DNA from: Patescibacteria group bacterium
GTDB lineage: Bacteria; Patescibacteriota; Patescibacteriia; UBA10025; JAHIVO01
Assembly: GCA_028718605.1 (NCBI GenBank)
Contig: JAQULM010000003.1
Span: forward strand, 80,971-144,970
DNA: 64,000 nucleotides
Direction of reading: 5' to 3'
The position numbers and the translations under genes are program-made. Of this stretch, positions 9,918-19,862 are shown in pieces. A model generated the notes under the pieces. It worked only from the letters and a program-made list of their open reading frames with translations. It did not search any database and was not told the origin of the DNA. Numbering within the stretch: the first letter of the stretch is position 1; every line of letters begins with the position of its first letter.

Positions 9918-10340
9918 CTACATTACTCTTCCCGGAATGACTTGGGCAAGTATACGCTTTATTATCTCGGCGTCAGCACTGGCATCAACCGCGACAATCC
10001 GAAGCGTTGTATCGTTGCTTGCATCAAGCCCTGATTCATGGATTGCCGCCGGCAATTGCCAACCCAGGAGCTTGTCCTGCAGTTCCGGAAGTTGCATGGG
10101 GGTGATGCGGGCAATTACGCTGACAGCCCTGCCTGTATTACGCACCTGGCGCAAGAACCACAGGGTATCCGTAGTAATTTCAGTAGCATCGATGATGATA
10201 GCTTCCGGCTTGCATTCAGTATCACAGATGCTCGCCCGCTCATGGTCTGTGCAGGTCATGACGGCGCAACACGTATTGACCAGCATTCCCGCCACCACAA
10301 ATGCTGAACCTTTTTTCTCCAATGAGAGTACAATCGGCAT
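9918..10340 (-). CDS. Degenerate receiver-like protein (solo unit)
   Basis: KPEAIIIDA motif; GGGAGG SD; promoter TTGACA-17-TATCGT (10426-10398); hairpin 9863-9893 downstream. Confidence 0.6.
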   Translation of the reverse strand: MPIVLSLEKKGSAFVVAGMLVNTCCAVMTCTDHERASICDTECKPEAIIIDATEITTDTLWFLRQVRNTGRAVSVIARITPMQLPELQDKLLGWQLPAAIHESGLDASNDTTLRIVAVDASADAEIIKRILAQVIPGRVM

Positions 10341-10419
10341 GAGCCTCCCTCCTATCCGCACTTTCGGGTTAATGGTGTACAATGTTAGTATTAGGATACG
10401 ATACAAAAAGCATACCCCC

Positions 10420-11340
10420 ATGTCAACCCCCAAACAATTGCTGATCGCCATCGTCGGCCCCAATGCGTCGGGAAAAACGGCGCTTGCTATCAAACTGGCG
10501 AAGCGCTTCAATGGCGAAATAATATCTGCCGACTCCCGGCAGGTGTTCCGCGGCATGGACATTGGCACAGGCAAGGCGACAAAAGCTGAACGACAGGCAG
10601 CCCAGCACTACCTCCTCGATGTCGCATCCCCGCGAAGCGAATTCAACGTCGTGCATTTCAAGCGTACGGCACTCAAGGCAATACGACACATCCATGCCCG
10701 CGACAAACTGCCATTCCTCGTCGGTGGTACGGGGTTCTGGATTAGCGCGATCACCGATGGCGTTGATTTTCCAAACGTCAAGCCGAATAAAACACTCCGC
10801 GCACGCTTGGGTAAAAGAACGCCCGCACAACTTTATGCAATATTGAAGAAACTTGATCCGCAACGCGCGAAAACCATTGACTGTAATAATCCGTACCGGC
10901 TCATACGTGCGATTGAAATTATTCAGGCGACAAAACGGCCAATCAAAAAAATTAAAAAAAATCCCCCGTTCAATGTACTCTTCCTCGGTGCCAAACGTTC
11001 ACGGAAAGAACTGTATAACCGAATAGACAAACGTCTCCGCAGCCGCATGCGCCAGGGCTTAATCGCTGAGGTGCGCAACCTTCACGAAAACGGCATTTCA
11101 TGGAAACGCCTGTACGATTTCGGTCTGGAGTATCGGTACGTTAGTTTGTTTCTGCAAGCCAAACTGACAAAAAGCGCAATGCTCGAACAGCTGTCAATCG
11201 CTATCAAACACTATGCCAAACGCCAGATGACCTGGTTTCAACGGAATAAACGCATTGGCTGGATTGCGAGCGAACGGCAAGCAGCGCACCTCATTCAACA
11301 ATTTCTTGATTTGGAATCCCGACGAAGGTTCCGGGATTGA
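10420..11340 (+). CDS. miaA: tRNA dimethylallyltransferase
   Basis: GPNASGKT, SADSRQV, VGGTG, YAKRQMTWF. Confidence 0.96.
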   Translation: MSTPKQLLIAIVGPNASGKTALAIKLAKRFNGEIISADSRQVFRGMDIGTGKATKAERQAAQHYLLDVASPRSEFNVVHFKRTALKAIRHIHARDKLPFLVGGTGFWISAITDGVDFPNVKPNKTLRARLGKRTPAQLYAILKKLDPQRAKTIDCNNPYRLIRAIEIIQATKRPIKKIKKNPPFNVLFLGAKRSRKELYNRIDKRLRSRMRQGLIAEVRNLHENGISWKRLYDFGLEYRYVSLFLQAKLTKSAMLEQLSIAIKHYAKRQMTWFQRNKRIGWIASERQAAHLIQQFLDLESRRRFRD

Positions 11341-11397
11341 CCGCGGAGCTCAGACACGATACACTGACGAGTGGGTTATCAAATAATTATTTTTCGT

Positions 11398-11739
11398 ATG
11401 GAAATCATTATCAGCGCGAAAACGTTCAAGCTCACCGCGCCGGTCAAGGCGTACGTCACCAAGGAAATGACCCATGCACTGAAGTTCTCCCCTGTCCCCG
11501 TTGAAGAGGCGAGGGTCGAGCTCGACCATGATGACAACCAGCGCACCGGCCTGGTGTACCGCACCGAAATGTCCGTGATCCTCGGTAAAAAAGTGATCAA
11601 AGCCGGGCAAAAAGGCAACAGCTTGCGCGAATCAATCGACCTTACGGTCCCGAAACTCATCCAACAGCTCAGGAAATTCAAAGGCAAGCTGCTGCAAACA
11701 AAGCATCCCGGCCAATCTTCGATACGGACCGAGGGATAA
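11398..11739 (+). CDS. raiA: Ribosome hibernation factor (HPF/RaiA family)
   Basis: MEIIISAKTFKLT...LRESID...QLRKFK pattern, 113 aa. Confidence 0.75.
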   Translation: MEIIISAKTFKLTAPVKAYVTKEMTHALKFSPVPVEEARVELDHDDNQRTGLVYRTEMSVILGKKVIKAGQKGNSLRESIDLTVPKLIQQLRKFKGKLLQTKHPGQSSIRTEG

Positions 11740-11755
11740 CACCTCAATATAATGT

Positions 11756-11783
11756 AAGGCGCAGTGTACAGGCACTGCGCCTT
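11756..11783. terminator. Hairpin terminator between convergent genes
   Basis: AAGGCGCAGTG/CACTGCGCCTT 11-bp stem. Confidence 0.7.
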
Positions 11784-11815
11784 GGTTGTTTATTGATCCG
11801 TGCCGCTCTCAAGGA

Positions 11816-11995
11816 TTACGGCTCGTCCGCATCATTGCTGATCAGCGTGTCATGTTCATCGAACACGACTGCCTCCGCATCAGGATGGCCACGATGTGCT
11901 TCCGCGCGCCGTGCTTCTGAACAATTGCACTTGGTATCCGAGGGGTGTTCACGATGACAATACGGACACTCAACAAAATAGTCGGCTGTCGACAT
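11816..11995 (-). CDS. 59-aa Cys/His zinc-finger-like microprotein (solo unit; below ORF-track cutoff)
   Basis: Hand translation MSTADYFVECPYCHREHPSDTKCNCSE...ADEP*; GGGAGG SD; promoter TTGACG-17-TACATT (12097-12069). Confidence 0.7.
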   Translation of the reverse strand: MSTADYFVECPYCHREHPSDTKCNCSEARRAEAHRGHPDAEAVVFDEHDTLISNDADEP

Positions 11996-12076
11996 ACTAA
12001 TCCTCCCGACTGAGAAAGGGTGCTGTGTTTCACAGGCCTCCCCAAGCCTGCGGTAGAAGTATTTATAGAATGTATT

Positions 12077-13627
12077 CTATTTCAACGCATGCGTCAAGAA
12101 TTGCTGGACTGCTTCTGGATCCGCCCTGCCTTTGGTGCGTTTCATAACCTGGCCGATGAGGTATTTAAGCGCTTGCTCCTTGCCGGCGCGAAACTCCTGA
12201 ACGACACGTTCATTTGACTGGATAACTTCTTTGACAACCGTCCCGAGTTCCTTGGTCTTGCTCAGCTGCCCGAGGTCCTCCTCCTCCATGATATCAGAAG
12301 GGTCCCGTCCGTCGAGGAACATCTTTTCGAGGACAGTGACCGCCGTCCTATTATTGAGCTTGTGCTCGTAAACAAGCACCATAAGTTCTGCGAAATTTTC
12401 TGGTGTAATATTAACTTCACTGATTCGTTTGCCATGCTCATTCAGGAGCTTGAGGAGACGGCTGATGATCCAGTTCGCCGCGGCTTTCGTAAGTTTTTTA
12501 CCATCACGCTCCCACGCCTCATCTTCAGATCCTTCCGTTGAGTCGAGCGAAACCAGCCATGCCCGGAGCTCAGAAACGACTGATTCGTAGTAGTCGGCAA
12601 GTTTTTTATCATTTACTAATATAGAAGCGTCGTAATCACCGAGCCAGTACTGTTTTCCAAAACGCTCATGCTTTTCGAATGGCAATTCAACCATTGCCTG
12701 CTTGACGGAAGCAATAAATTCCGAATCAAATGTAATTGGCGGAATATCAGGTTCAGGAAAATAACGGTAATCGTGTTGTTCTTCTTTCACGCGCTGGAGC
12801 ACAGATACCATGCGCTTCTCGTCCCATCCCCGCGTCGATTGCGCTTTCGGGGTTTTACCCTCGTCCCATAACTTTGTCTGGCGTTTAATTTCATATTCAA
12901 GCGCATGTTCAACTGACTTGAACGAATTCAAGTTTTTTACCTCGGTTTTCGGATACAAACGGTCCGGTTCGTAGCCGATTAAAGCATTCTCTCCCTTTTC
13001 CTGGAAAAATTCAGGATTCGGCCGCAAGGAAATATTCGCATCACAGCGAAGGTGCCCTTTCTCCATGTCAGCATCGGAAATCCCGAGGTACCGCATGGTG
13101 AGGCGCAATTCCTGCAGAAACGCCTTTGCCGCTGCTGGCGATGGGACGTCCGGCCGGGTTACGATCTCGAGAAGCGGCGTACCGGCGCGGTTATAATCAA
13201 CATAGCTGGCGCTCTTATCCTCCTCATGCAGGAGCTTGCCCGTGTCTTCCTCGATATGAACCCGCTCAATGCGAATGTGCGCGTGCGTTCCACCGGCTGT
13301 TATCATCAGATGGCCATTCTGCCCGACCGGTGCATCGTACTGTGATATTTGGAACCCTTTCGGCAGGTCAGGATAAAAATAGCTTTTCCGGTCAAAATGG
13401 ATGCTCCTGCGAATGGTACAATTCAGCGCCAGTGCTGCCATAACTGCCCACCGCATCGCAACTTCGTTCGGCACCGGAAGGACGCCAGGATGCCCGAGGC
13501 AGATCGGACATACAGTCGTATTCGCCGGTTTGTCCTCGCCGGTATTGTCACACGAGCAAAACATCTTACTTTTCGTTTTGAGCTGCACGTGGATTTCTAA
13601 TCCGATAACTGGTTCGTACTTGTTCAT
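12077..13627 (-). CDS. gatB: Asp-tRNA(Asn)/Glu-tRNA(Gln) amidotransferase subunit B
   Basis: IGLEIHVQL, FDRKSYFYPDLPKG, DYRYFPEPD. Confidence 0.97.
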   Translation of the reverse strand: MNKYEPVIGLEIHVQLKTKSKMFCSCDNTGEDKPANTTVCPICLGHPGVLPVPNEVAMRWAVMAALALNCTIRRSIHFDRKSYFYPDLPKGFQISQYDAPVGQNGHLMITAGGTHAHIRIERVHIEEDTGKLLHEEDKSASYVDYNRAGTPLLEIVTRPDVPSPAAAKAFLQELRLTMRYLGISDADMEKGHLRCDANISLRPNPEFFQEKGENALIGYEPDRLYPKTEVKNLNSFKSVEHALEYEIKRQTKLWDEGKTPKAQSTRGWDEKRMVSVLQRVKEEQHDYRYFPEPDIPPITFDSEFIASVKQAMVELPFEKHERFGKQYWLGDYDASILVNDKKLADYYESVVSELRAWLVSLDSTEGSEDEAWERDGKKLTKAAANWIISRLLKLLNEHGKRISEVNITPENFAELMVLVYEHKLNNRTAVTVLEKMFLDGRDPSDIMEEEDLGQLSKTKELGTVVKEVIQSNERVVQEFRAGKEQALKYLIGQVMKRTKGRADPEAVQQFLTHALK

Positions 13628-13710
13628 GAAGGTATTGTAGCAAAAACTGAGATATAAAAAAAGGATGCCGTTGCTTCTCGAACTGCCATTGTTCGATCCA
13701 TAACGGCACC

Positions 13711-14577
13711 CTAGCTCTGCAGGTACCTGCGCAATGCCCTGGACCGGCTCGCATGCTTGAGGCGCCGCATTGCCTTTTCCTTGATCTGGCGGATCCGCTC
13801 GCGGGTCAGTGCAAACCGCGCACCAATCTCCTCGAGTGTCAACGCTTTCTCATGGTCTAATCCATAATAGAGGCTAATGACCTCGGCTTCTCGGGCGGTC
13901 AGCGTATCAAGCGCTTTTTCGAGATCAACTCGCAATGTTGCCAGGTCCAGTTCGGACTCAGGCGACACCGCTTGTTCCATCTCGAGCACATCAAGCAAGG
14001 AATTGCCCCCTCCCGCCTCAAACGGTGCGTCAAGCGACAGGTGAGTCATGGCTAGGATCTCGGTTTCTTCGACGTCCAAATCCGATATCCTGAGTTCAAA
14101 AGCGATCTCTTCCGGCAGCGGCTGCCGTCCAAGATCTTGTTCGAGCTTCGCACTGGCCTTCCCAACCTTATGCAGAATGCCAACTCTGTTCTGCGGCAGG
14201 CGGACGACATGACCCTGTTCGGCAAGAGCCTGCAGGATCGCCTGTTTGATCCACCAGACCGCGTACGAGATGAATTTGAATCCTCTCGTTTCGTCAAACC
14301 GCTTGGCAGCCTTCATCAGGCCGATATTGCCCTCGTTGATCAGGTCAGCAAGGGACAACCCTTGATTCTGGTACTGTTTGGCAACTGATACCACAAAACG
14401 CAGGTTTGCCTTGACGAGCTTCTCAAACGCGATTTTGTCGCCCTGCCGGATGCGCACAGCGCACCGTGCTTCTTCGGCCGCATCAATCAGCGGCGTCGTA
14501 CCAATCTCGCGTAAATACACGTCGAGCGACCAGTCATCGCTGGTCATGTTCCGTATCTTCTTGCCCACGGGCTTCAC
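13711..14577 (-). CDS. RpoD-like sigma70 factor lacking region 1.1 (solo unit)
   Basis: ANLRFVVSVAKQYQNQGL, RFDETRGFKFISYAVWWI, TLEEIG..F.LTRERIRQIKEKA; promoter TTGACC-17-TACGTT (14662-14634); AAGGAGG SD suggests start may be GTG at 14568. Confidence 0.93.
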   Translation of the reverse strand: MKPVGKKIRNMTSDDWSLDVYLREIGTTPLIDAAEEARCAVRIRQGDKIAFEKLVKANLRFVVSVAKQYQNQGLSLADLINEGNIGLMKAAKRFDETRGFKFISYAVWWIKQAILQALAEQGHVVRLPQNRVGILHKVGKASAKLEQDLGRQPLPEEIAFELRISDLDVEETEILAMTHLSLDAPFEAGGGNSLLDVLEMEQAVSPESELDLATLRVDLEKALDTLTAREAEVISLYYGLDHEKALTLEEIGARFALTRERIRQIKEKAMRRLKHASRSRALRRYLQS

Positions 14578-14735
14578 CTCCTTCTCGGGGCTGAAAATGT
14601 TGCAAAAGAACTGTACGATACAATGCCTGGATCAACGTAGCATATACGCCCTCGACGGTCAATGCCAAAAAGCCACTCCTGAAACGTGCATCAGGAGTTG
14701 CCCTTCCTGATAATCGCTTTAATGTGGGAGCTCAA

Positions 14736-15395
14736 TTAAATAATTGTTTTCACGACACCCCAGATTTTCCAATGAATCTCTTCCGGCAATAACAGTCTCC
14801 CGCGTCGAACGCACTGTATCCGTTTCCAATTCTTATAACGTTTTACGAGACGCGCATTTTCCCGGTAAACTTTTTTCTGGTATGCGAAATCTGTTTCGTG
14901 CATATCGAGGCGCTTTCGAGATGCCATCAGTTGCCGAGCGATTGCAGGCGGCACGTCAAGAAAAAGGACGAGATCCGGTTTGGGAATGCCCAAAACCTTA
15001 AATTCCATGATATCAAGCCACGCCAGGAACTCCTCTTTCTTGCGTGGGTTTCGGATCTTTGATGCCTGGTGAATCTTGTTTGCCGGAGCGTACCGGTCGC
15101 AGATAATGTGGATGCCGCGTTCCAGTTTTTTCGAAAGGTAATCGCGCGCCTCAAACCGATCAAGGGCATAGAGGAGTGAAACGAGATACGGATTTGACGT
15201 TGTCGCGGTGCCAAATTCACCCCGGAGGTACCGGCGCACCATCTTACCAAAAAATGACTTTTCGTACTGCGGGAAATCAGTGAGAACGAATTTTTTCTTG
15301 CTGCGCCGAAGGTGCTGGGCCAAAAGCTTCACCTGCGTGGTTTTCCCCGCGCCGTCGATCGCGTCAAATACGATAAGCTTTCCGCGTTTGCTCAT
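14736..15395 (-). CDS. tmk: Thymidylate kinase
   Basis: DAIDGAGKTTQ P-loop, ICDRY, PDLVLFLD. Confidence 0.9.
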   Translation of the reverse strand: MSKRGKLIVFDAIDGAGKTTQVKLLAQHLRRSKKKFVLTDFPQYEKSFFGKMVRRYLRGEFGTATTSNPYLVSLLYALDRFEARDYLSKKLERGIHIICDRYAPANKIHQASKIRNPRKKEEFLAWLDIMEFKVLGIPKPDLVLFLDVPPAIARQLMASRKRLDMHETDFAYQKKVYRENARLVKRYKNWKRIQCVRRGRLLLPEEIHWKIWGVVKTII

Positions 15396-15396
15396 A

Positions 15397-15882
15397 TTAT
15401 CGCGTTAATTCAAGAAATACGAACGAGCGCTCCCCTTCCTGCGCTTCCTCTTTCTTTACGACATTCGTAAACATTGAATAGTCGGGAAAAAACGTATCTG
15501 CATCAAACGTACCTTTGATAACGGTCAAATACAGCTTATCGGTGATCGGCAATACCTGCCGGTAAATCTCGCCGCCGCCGATGATGAAAATCTCGTTGTG
15601 CTCAATGCGTTTTGCTTCTTCAAGCGCCCGCTCGAGCGATGTAACAGTTGTGCAGCCAGGCGCTTTGAATGACTCCTTCCTGCTGATAACAATATTTGTA
15701 CGGTTTGGGAGCGCCTTACCCATCGATTCAAATGTTTTCCGTCCCATGATAACCGCATGCCCCGCGGTCAACTGGCGAAAACGGTGTAGGTCTTTCGCGA
15801 TATGCCACAAAAGCCGGTTATCCTTCCCGATAGCGCGGTTTTCCGATAGAGCGGCGATAATGCTGATTCTCGGCTGGAACAT
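15397..15882 (-). CDS. folA: Dihydrofolate reductase
   Basis: IMGRKTFES, LPNRTNIVIS, IIGGGEIY. Confidence 0.96.
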   Translation of the reverse strand: MFQPRISIIAALSENRAIGKDNRLLWHIAKDLHRFRQLTAGHAVIMGRKTFESMGKALPNRTNIVISRKESFKAPGCTTVTSLERALEEAKRIEHNEIFIIGGGEIYRQVLPITDKLYLTVIKGTFDADTFFPDYSMFTNVVKKEEAQEGERSFVFLELTR

Positions 15883-15884
15883 AG

Positions 15885-16697
15885 TTATATTGCGATGGGT
15901 GCCTTGATCCCTGGATGCGGATCGTAACCCTCGAGAGTAAAATCTTCGAACTGAAATTTAAAAATGTCACGAACAGCGGGGTTAATCTTCATTGTCGGTA
16001 ATTTCCGAGGTGTACGCGATACTTGCAGTTTGACCTGCTCAATATGATTACGATAGATGTGCGCATCACCGAATGTATGTATGAAATCGCCTGGTTTCAA
16101 ATCACAAACCTGCGCCATCATCATTGTCAGAAGTGAATAGGAAGCGATATTAAATGGCACGCCGAGAAAAAGATCAGCGGTCCGTTGATAGAGTTGGCAC
16201 GAGAGCGTGCCGTTCGCTACGTAAAATTGGAACAAGGTATGGCACGGAGGCGGTGCTGTTTTCTTCCCGCGAATCAGCTCCTGTAACTCTCCTATATTCC
16301 ATCCGCTCACGATAATTCTGCGGGAAGTGGGATCATTCCGAATAAGATCAACGGCTTGCGCAATCTGATTTACCTCCTTACCTTCTTTGGTCTGCCATCG
16401 AACCCACTGCTTGCCGTAGATGGGGCCAAGGTCGCCGTTCTCATCGGCCCATTCGTCCCAGATAGTCACCCCGTGATCATTCAACCACTTGATGTTCGTA
16501 TCGCCCCTCAAGAACCAGAGAAGTTCGTACAAAATCGACTTCAGGTGTACCTTTTTCGTGGTAACCAACGGGAAACCCTGTGCGAGATTGAACCGCATCT
16601 GGTACCCAAAAACGCTCCTCGTGCCGGTACCGGTTCGGTCGTCTTTTTCAACGCCATGGTCGAGCACGTGCTGTAACAAATTAAGATATTGCTTCAT
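15885..16697 (-). CDS. thyA: Thymidylate synthase
   Basis: [29 protein letters not shown]. Confidence 0.97.
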   Translation of the reverse strand: MKQYLNLLQHVLDHGVEKDDRTGTGTRSVFGYQMRFNLAQGFPLVTTKKVHLKSILYELLWFLRGDTNIKWLNDHGVTIWDEWADENGDLGPIYGKQWVRWQTKEGKEVNQIAQAVDLIRNDPTSRRIIVSGWNIGELQELIRGKKTAPPPCHTLFQFYVANGTLSCQLYQRTADLFLGVPFNIASYSLLTMMMAQVCDLKPGDFIHTFGDAHIYRNHIEQVKLQVSRTPRKLPTMKINPAVRDIFKFQFEDFTLEGYDPHPGIKAPIAI

Positions 16698-16708
16698 GGA
16701 AATTTAAT

Positions 16709-17131
16709 TTATTTACCGGATGAAAGCCACCCGCCGGCGCCGCGGGTCGTATCGGACAACGCGTCAACCTGCCGGAACGATACAGTTTCGTGCTTTTGCA
16801 CAATCATCTGGGCAACCCGGTCACCCGCGGAATACTCATAAGGTGTCTTGGTTGTATTGTAGAGTACGACCGACACCTCCCCCCGGTACGTACTATCAAT
16901 GACCCCTGCAAGCGTATGAATGCCATGCTTCGACGCCATGCCGCTCCGGTCCCAGATCAGTGCCACCGTGCCCGGCGGCAATTCCAGCGCAAAGCCAAGG
17001 TCAACCCTGACGCGCTCGCAGGGCGGAATCTCGCCCCCCTCGCAGCAAAACAGATCGAGCCCGGCATCGCCTTCACGGCTGGAGGCCGGAACCCGCGCGT
17101 TGGTTTTTAAAAGTTTAATCGCAACCTCCAT
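16709..17131 (-). CDS. dut: dUTP diphosphatase
   Basis: DAGLDL, RSG, GVIDSTYRGE, RGAGGWLSSG. Confidence 0.95.
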   Translation of the reverse strand: MEVAIKLLKTNARVPASSREGDAGLDLFCCEGGEIPPCERVRVDLGFALELPPGTVALIWDRSGMASKHGIHTLAGVIDSTYRGEVSVVLYNTTKTPYEYSAGDRVAQMIVQKHETVSFRQVDALSDTTRGAGGWLSSGK

Positions 17132-17139
17132 AGTTCACT

Positions 17140-17604
17140 CTATTTCGCCCACACGGATTTATACTGGCGGTATTTCACACCAGCAAGATCCAGCAAACGG
17201 CGGGACGCAATCCAAACATCATCATCGTGGTACTTGTCACTTTCGAATATTATTTCTACGATGCCATTCTGAATGATAGTTTTCGAGCATTCATTGCACG
17301 GGAAAAGCGTACAGTACAGCTTACACCCCTCGGTTCGCGCGTTCGAATTATAGACGGCGTTCTCTTCCGCATGGACGACATATGCGTATTTCGTCTCGGA
17401 AAGCTTACCTTCGCGATCCCACGGCAACTCATCAGTCTCGATGCCGCGCGGCCAGCCGTTGTACCCGAGGCCGACGACGACATTTTTCTGGTTTGCGACA
17501 ACCGCGCCAGCTTGCGTATTGGGATCCTTTGAACGGTCCGCAATCACGTGTGCCATGCGCATAAAACATTCATCCCACGAAATTGCATTTTCACGTTTCA
17601 TCAT
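17140..17604 (-). CDS. dCMP deaminase
   Basis: GYNG, VVHAEENA, PCNECSK. Confidence 0.92.
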   Translation of the reverse strand: MMKRENAISWDECFMRMAHVIADRSKDPNTQAGAVVANQKNVVVGLGYNGWPRGIETDELPWDREGKLSETKYAYVVHAEENAVYNSNARTEGCKLYCTLFPCNECSKTIIQNGIVEIIFESDKYHDDDVWIASRRLLDLAGVKYRQYKSVWAK

Positions 17605-17627
17605 AATTGATTTTATAAATTGTATGC

Positions 17628-18311
17628 TTAAACGGCAACGCGGACACTGGGACCCATCGTTGAACAGACGCTCACTGTCTTCAAATACGCACCCTTTACG
17701 CCGTGCGGGCGTGCTCTGCGAATCGCTTCGAGAAATGACTCAAAATTCTCCTGAAGCTTCTTGATATCAAACGAAGCTTTCCCGATGAGCTGGTGGATAT
17801 TGCCCGTCTCGTCGTTACGGAATGCAACCTTGCCGCCCTGCAATGCTACTATTGACTTCTCAATGTCGGACGTGACCGTCTCGTTACGCGGATTCGGCAT
17901 CAAGCCTTTTGGCCCGAGGATTTTCGCGATCTGCCCGAGATGCTTCATCATCGCCGGCGTGGCGAGCGCGATATCGAAATTGCACTTGCCGGTGGTTTTG
18001 ATTTCTTTGATAAGCTCCTCGCCGCCGACAACTTCAGCACCAGCCTTCTTCGCCTTTTCCTGGCCGGCAGCGTCCGCGAACACCGCGATCCTTTTTTTCT
18101 TGCCGGTTCCGTGCGGCAATGACACTGAACCGCGGACAATCTGGTCCGCTTTTTTCGGATCAATCCCGAGGCGCATGTGCATCTCAATGCCGGCGTCAAA
18201 CTTCACGTTTGCCGTTTTTTGGGCTAATTCCAGCGCTTCGCGCGCGCTATATGACTTCTTCGGGTCGATGAGCTTGCGCGCTTCGCGGAAGCGCTTTGAA
18301 TGCTTCTTCAT
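17628..18311 (-). CDS. rplA: 50S ribosomal protein L1
   Basis: [22 protein letters not shown]. Confidence 0.97.
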   Translation of the reverse strand: MKKHSKRFREARKLIDPKKSYSAREALELAQKTANVKFDAGIEMHMRLGIDPKKADQIVRGSVSLPHGTGKKKRIAVFADAAGQEKAKKAGAEVVGGEELIKEIKTTGKCNFDIALATPAMMKHLGQIAKILGPKGLMPNPRNETVTSDIEKSIVALQGGKVAFRNDETGNIHQLIGKASFDIKKLQENFESFLEAIRRARPHGVKGAYLKTVSVCSTMGPSVRVAV

Positions 18312-18326
18312 ACAATTGTTCCTTTC

Positions 18327-18359
18327 GTGGTACGAGCCCCCGTTTGAGCAGGGTCCCAC
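18327..18359 (-). promoter_or_regulatory. Probable L1 autoregulatory leader hairpin
   Basis: GTGGGA...TCGTACCAC stem directly upstream of rplA, resembling known rplA leaders. Confidence 0.45.
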
Positions 18360-18391
18360 AAATTATTATTTAAATAAGCACCTAATCACTA

Positions 18392-19312
18392 TTACACGTT
18401 CGCGGGCCCTGTTCCGACAGCTTGTTGCTCATTCTTCCTCTCCTTCGATTCCTTACGGACGACTGACCAGTGGTACCAAAAGAGCGGAACGCCGAAGAGA
18501 ATAAACGGAATGATGCCAGCTGCCTGGCGATCGGTATTATTATTCGCTTCATCGATTGAACTATTCCAGGAGTTGAAATCAACAATCCATTGCTGCGCGA
18601 GCGAAACCGTTTGCGTATCGAGGCCGCACGTAGCGCCGCATGTTACTACGCTCTGGACCCCTGAAATGCTGTACTCGTCTACCCCCATTGTCACTTGGCT
18701 GCTGTTTCTTTGCGCGTCACCAACGCTCGGGAACACCCAGTTTTTCAGCGCAAGGTTCAGAAACATGCCAACCGAGACAACCGTCATGACGAGCGCTGCC
18801 AAAGACACGAAATAATAGTACGCTGTGCGTACGGGATTATGTTGCTCCGGGCTTTTCCGTTTCGCCTCCCGCTGGACGATACGATAGTGGATGATAAAAA
18901 TCGGAAGCGCGACAATGAGGAATGAAAAACCATTAATCAAATCCCGCTGCCTCGACGCATTCGGGTTATCCTTGTTCTTGGTCCACGTTTCATAGCTCGC
19001 TTTCCAATCCGTAATAGCGTTCTGTTGGTCAGTGCTCAGCGTGCATTCGCTATCGCACGTAATGGCGCCGGCTCCCACCGAAACGACAGGCTTTGCGGCA
19101 CTATCGGTCACACTTTGATCGAAATATAACACTGGCGGTTGTCCAAGCCGGTATGAAAGTGGCTCAGCATCCGTGAACACCCATGTTTTCAAGCCGACAT
19201 TGGCGAGAAAGATGAGCGAACCAACGGCGATACCAAGCGTAACGAGTGAGGCCATGTAAAAATAGACATTGCGGAGTATCGAACCCTTCTTTTCTGGCGC
19301 TTTGTTTTCCAT
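18392..19312 (-). CDS. DUF5671-like membrane protein with internal duplication
   Basis: Two repeats of R..Y.Y..SL..L TM pairs, each with CxxxC and P.F..H[W/Y]. Confidence 0.7.
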   Translation of the reverse strand: MENKAPEKKGSILRNVYFYMASLVTLGIAVGSLIFLANVGLKTWVFTDAEPLSYRLGQPPVLYFDQSVTDSAAKPVVSVGAGAITCDSECTLSTDQQNAITDWKASYETWTKNKDNPNASRQRDLINGFSFLIVALPIFIIHYRIVQREAKRKSPEQHNPVRTAYYYFVSLAALVMTVVSVGMFLNLALKNWVFPSVGDAQRNSSQVTMGVDEYSISGVQSVVTCGATCGLDTQTVSLAQQWIVDFNSWNSSIDEANNNTDRQAAGIIPFILFGVPLFWYHWSVVRKESKERKNEQQAVGTGPANV

Positions 19313-19401
19313 AATAATTGCTATGATAAAAATTAATAGCACGAGTGGAAACAAATTTGAGAGTATTCCGAGCGCCATACGCAATGTCCACAAGTTAACC
19401 C

Positions 19402-19830
19402 CTACCCCTTTACTTCGATGCCCATGTTGCGGGCTGTGCCCTCAATAATCCGCATCGCTCCCGGGAGGTCCTTCGCGTTCAGATCGGGCATCTTTACCTT
19501 CGCAATTTCCTCAATCTGCTTTTTCGTAACCGTACCGACTTTCTGCTTCAGTGGATCGCCCGATCCTTTCTGGATGCCAGCTGCTTTTTTTAGAAGCTCT
19601 GCCGCGGGCGGCGTCTTCAGGATGAATTTATACGTTCGATCTTCAAAAACAGTAATCTCAACCGGTATAATGCTACCGGCCTTATCTTTTGTCTGTGCAT
19701 TGAACTTGGTGCAGAACTCCTGGATGTTGAGGCCGTGCTGGCCGAGCGCGGGACCAACCGGAGGCGCGGGAGTCGCTTTGCCGCCAGGAAGCTGAAGTTT
19801 CACGATTGTCTTTATTTTTTTCTCTGCCAT
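19402..19830 (-). CDS. rplK: 50S ribosomal protein L11
   Basis: [16 protein letters not shown]. Confidence 0.98.
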   Translation of the reverse strand: MAEKKIKTIVKLQLPGGKATPAPPVGPALGQHGLNIQEFCTKFNAQTKDKAGSIIPVEITVFEDRTYKFILKTPPAAELLKKAAGIQKGSGDPLKQKVGTVTKKQIEEIAKVKMPDLNAKDLPGAMRIIEGTARNMGIEVKG

Positions 19831-19862
19831 ATGACCAACAATGCATTATGACTGCTTATGGA

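Noticed and set aside
9937-10419. Apparent 160-aa N-terminal fusion on MiaA
   Set aside because: It is the antisense of the SD-led 9918-10340 gene; MiaA motifs start at 10420
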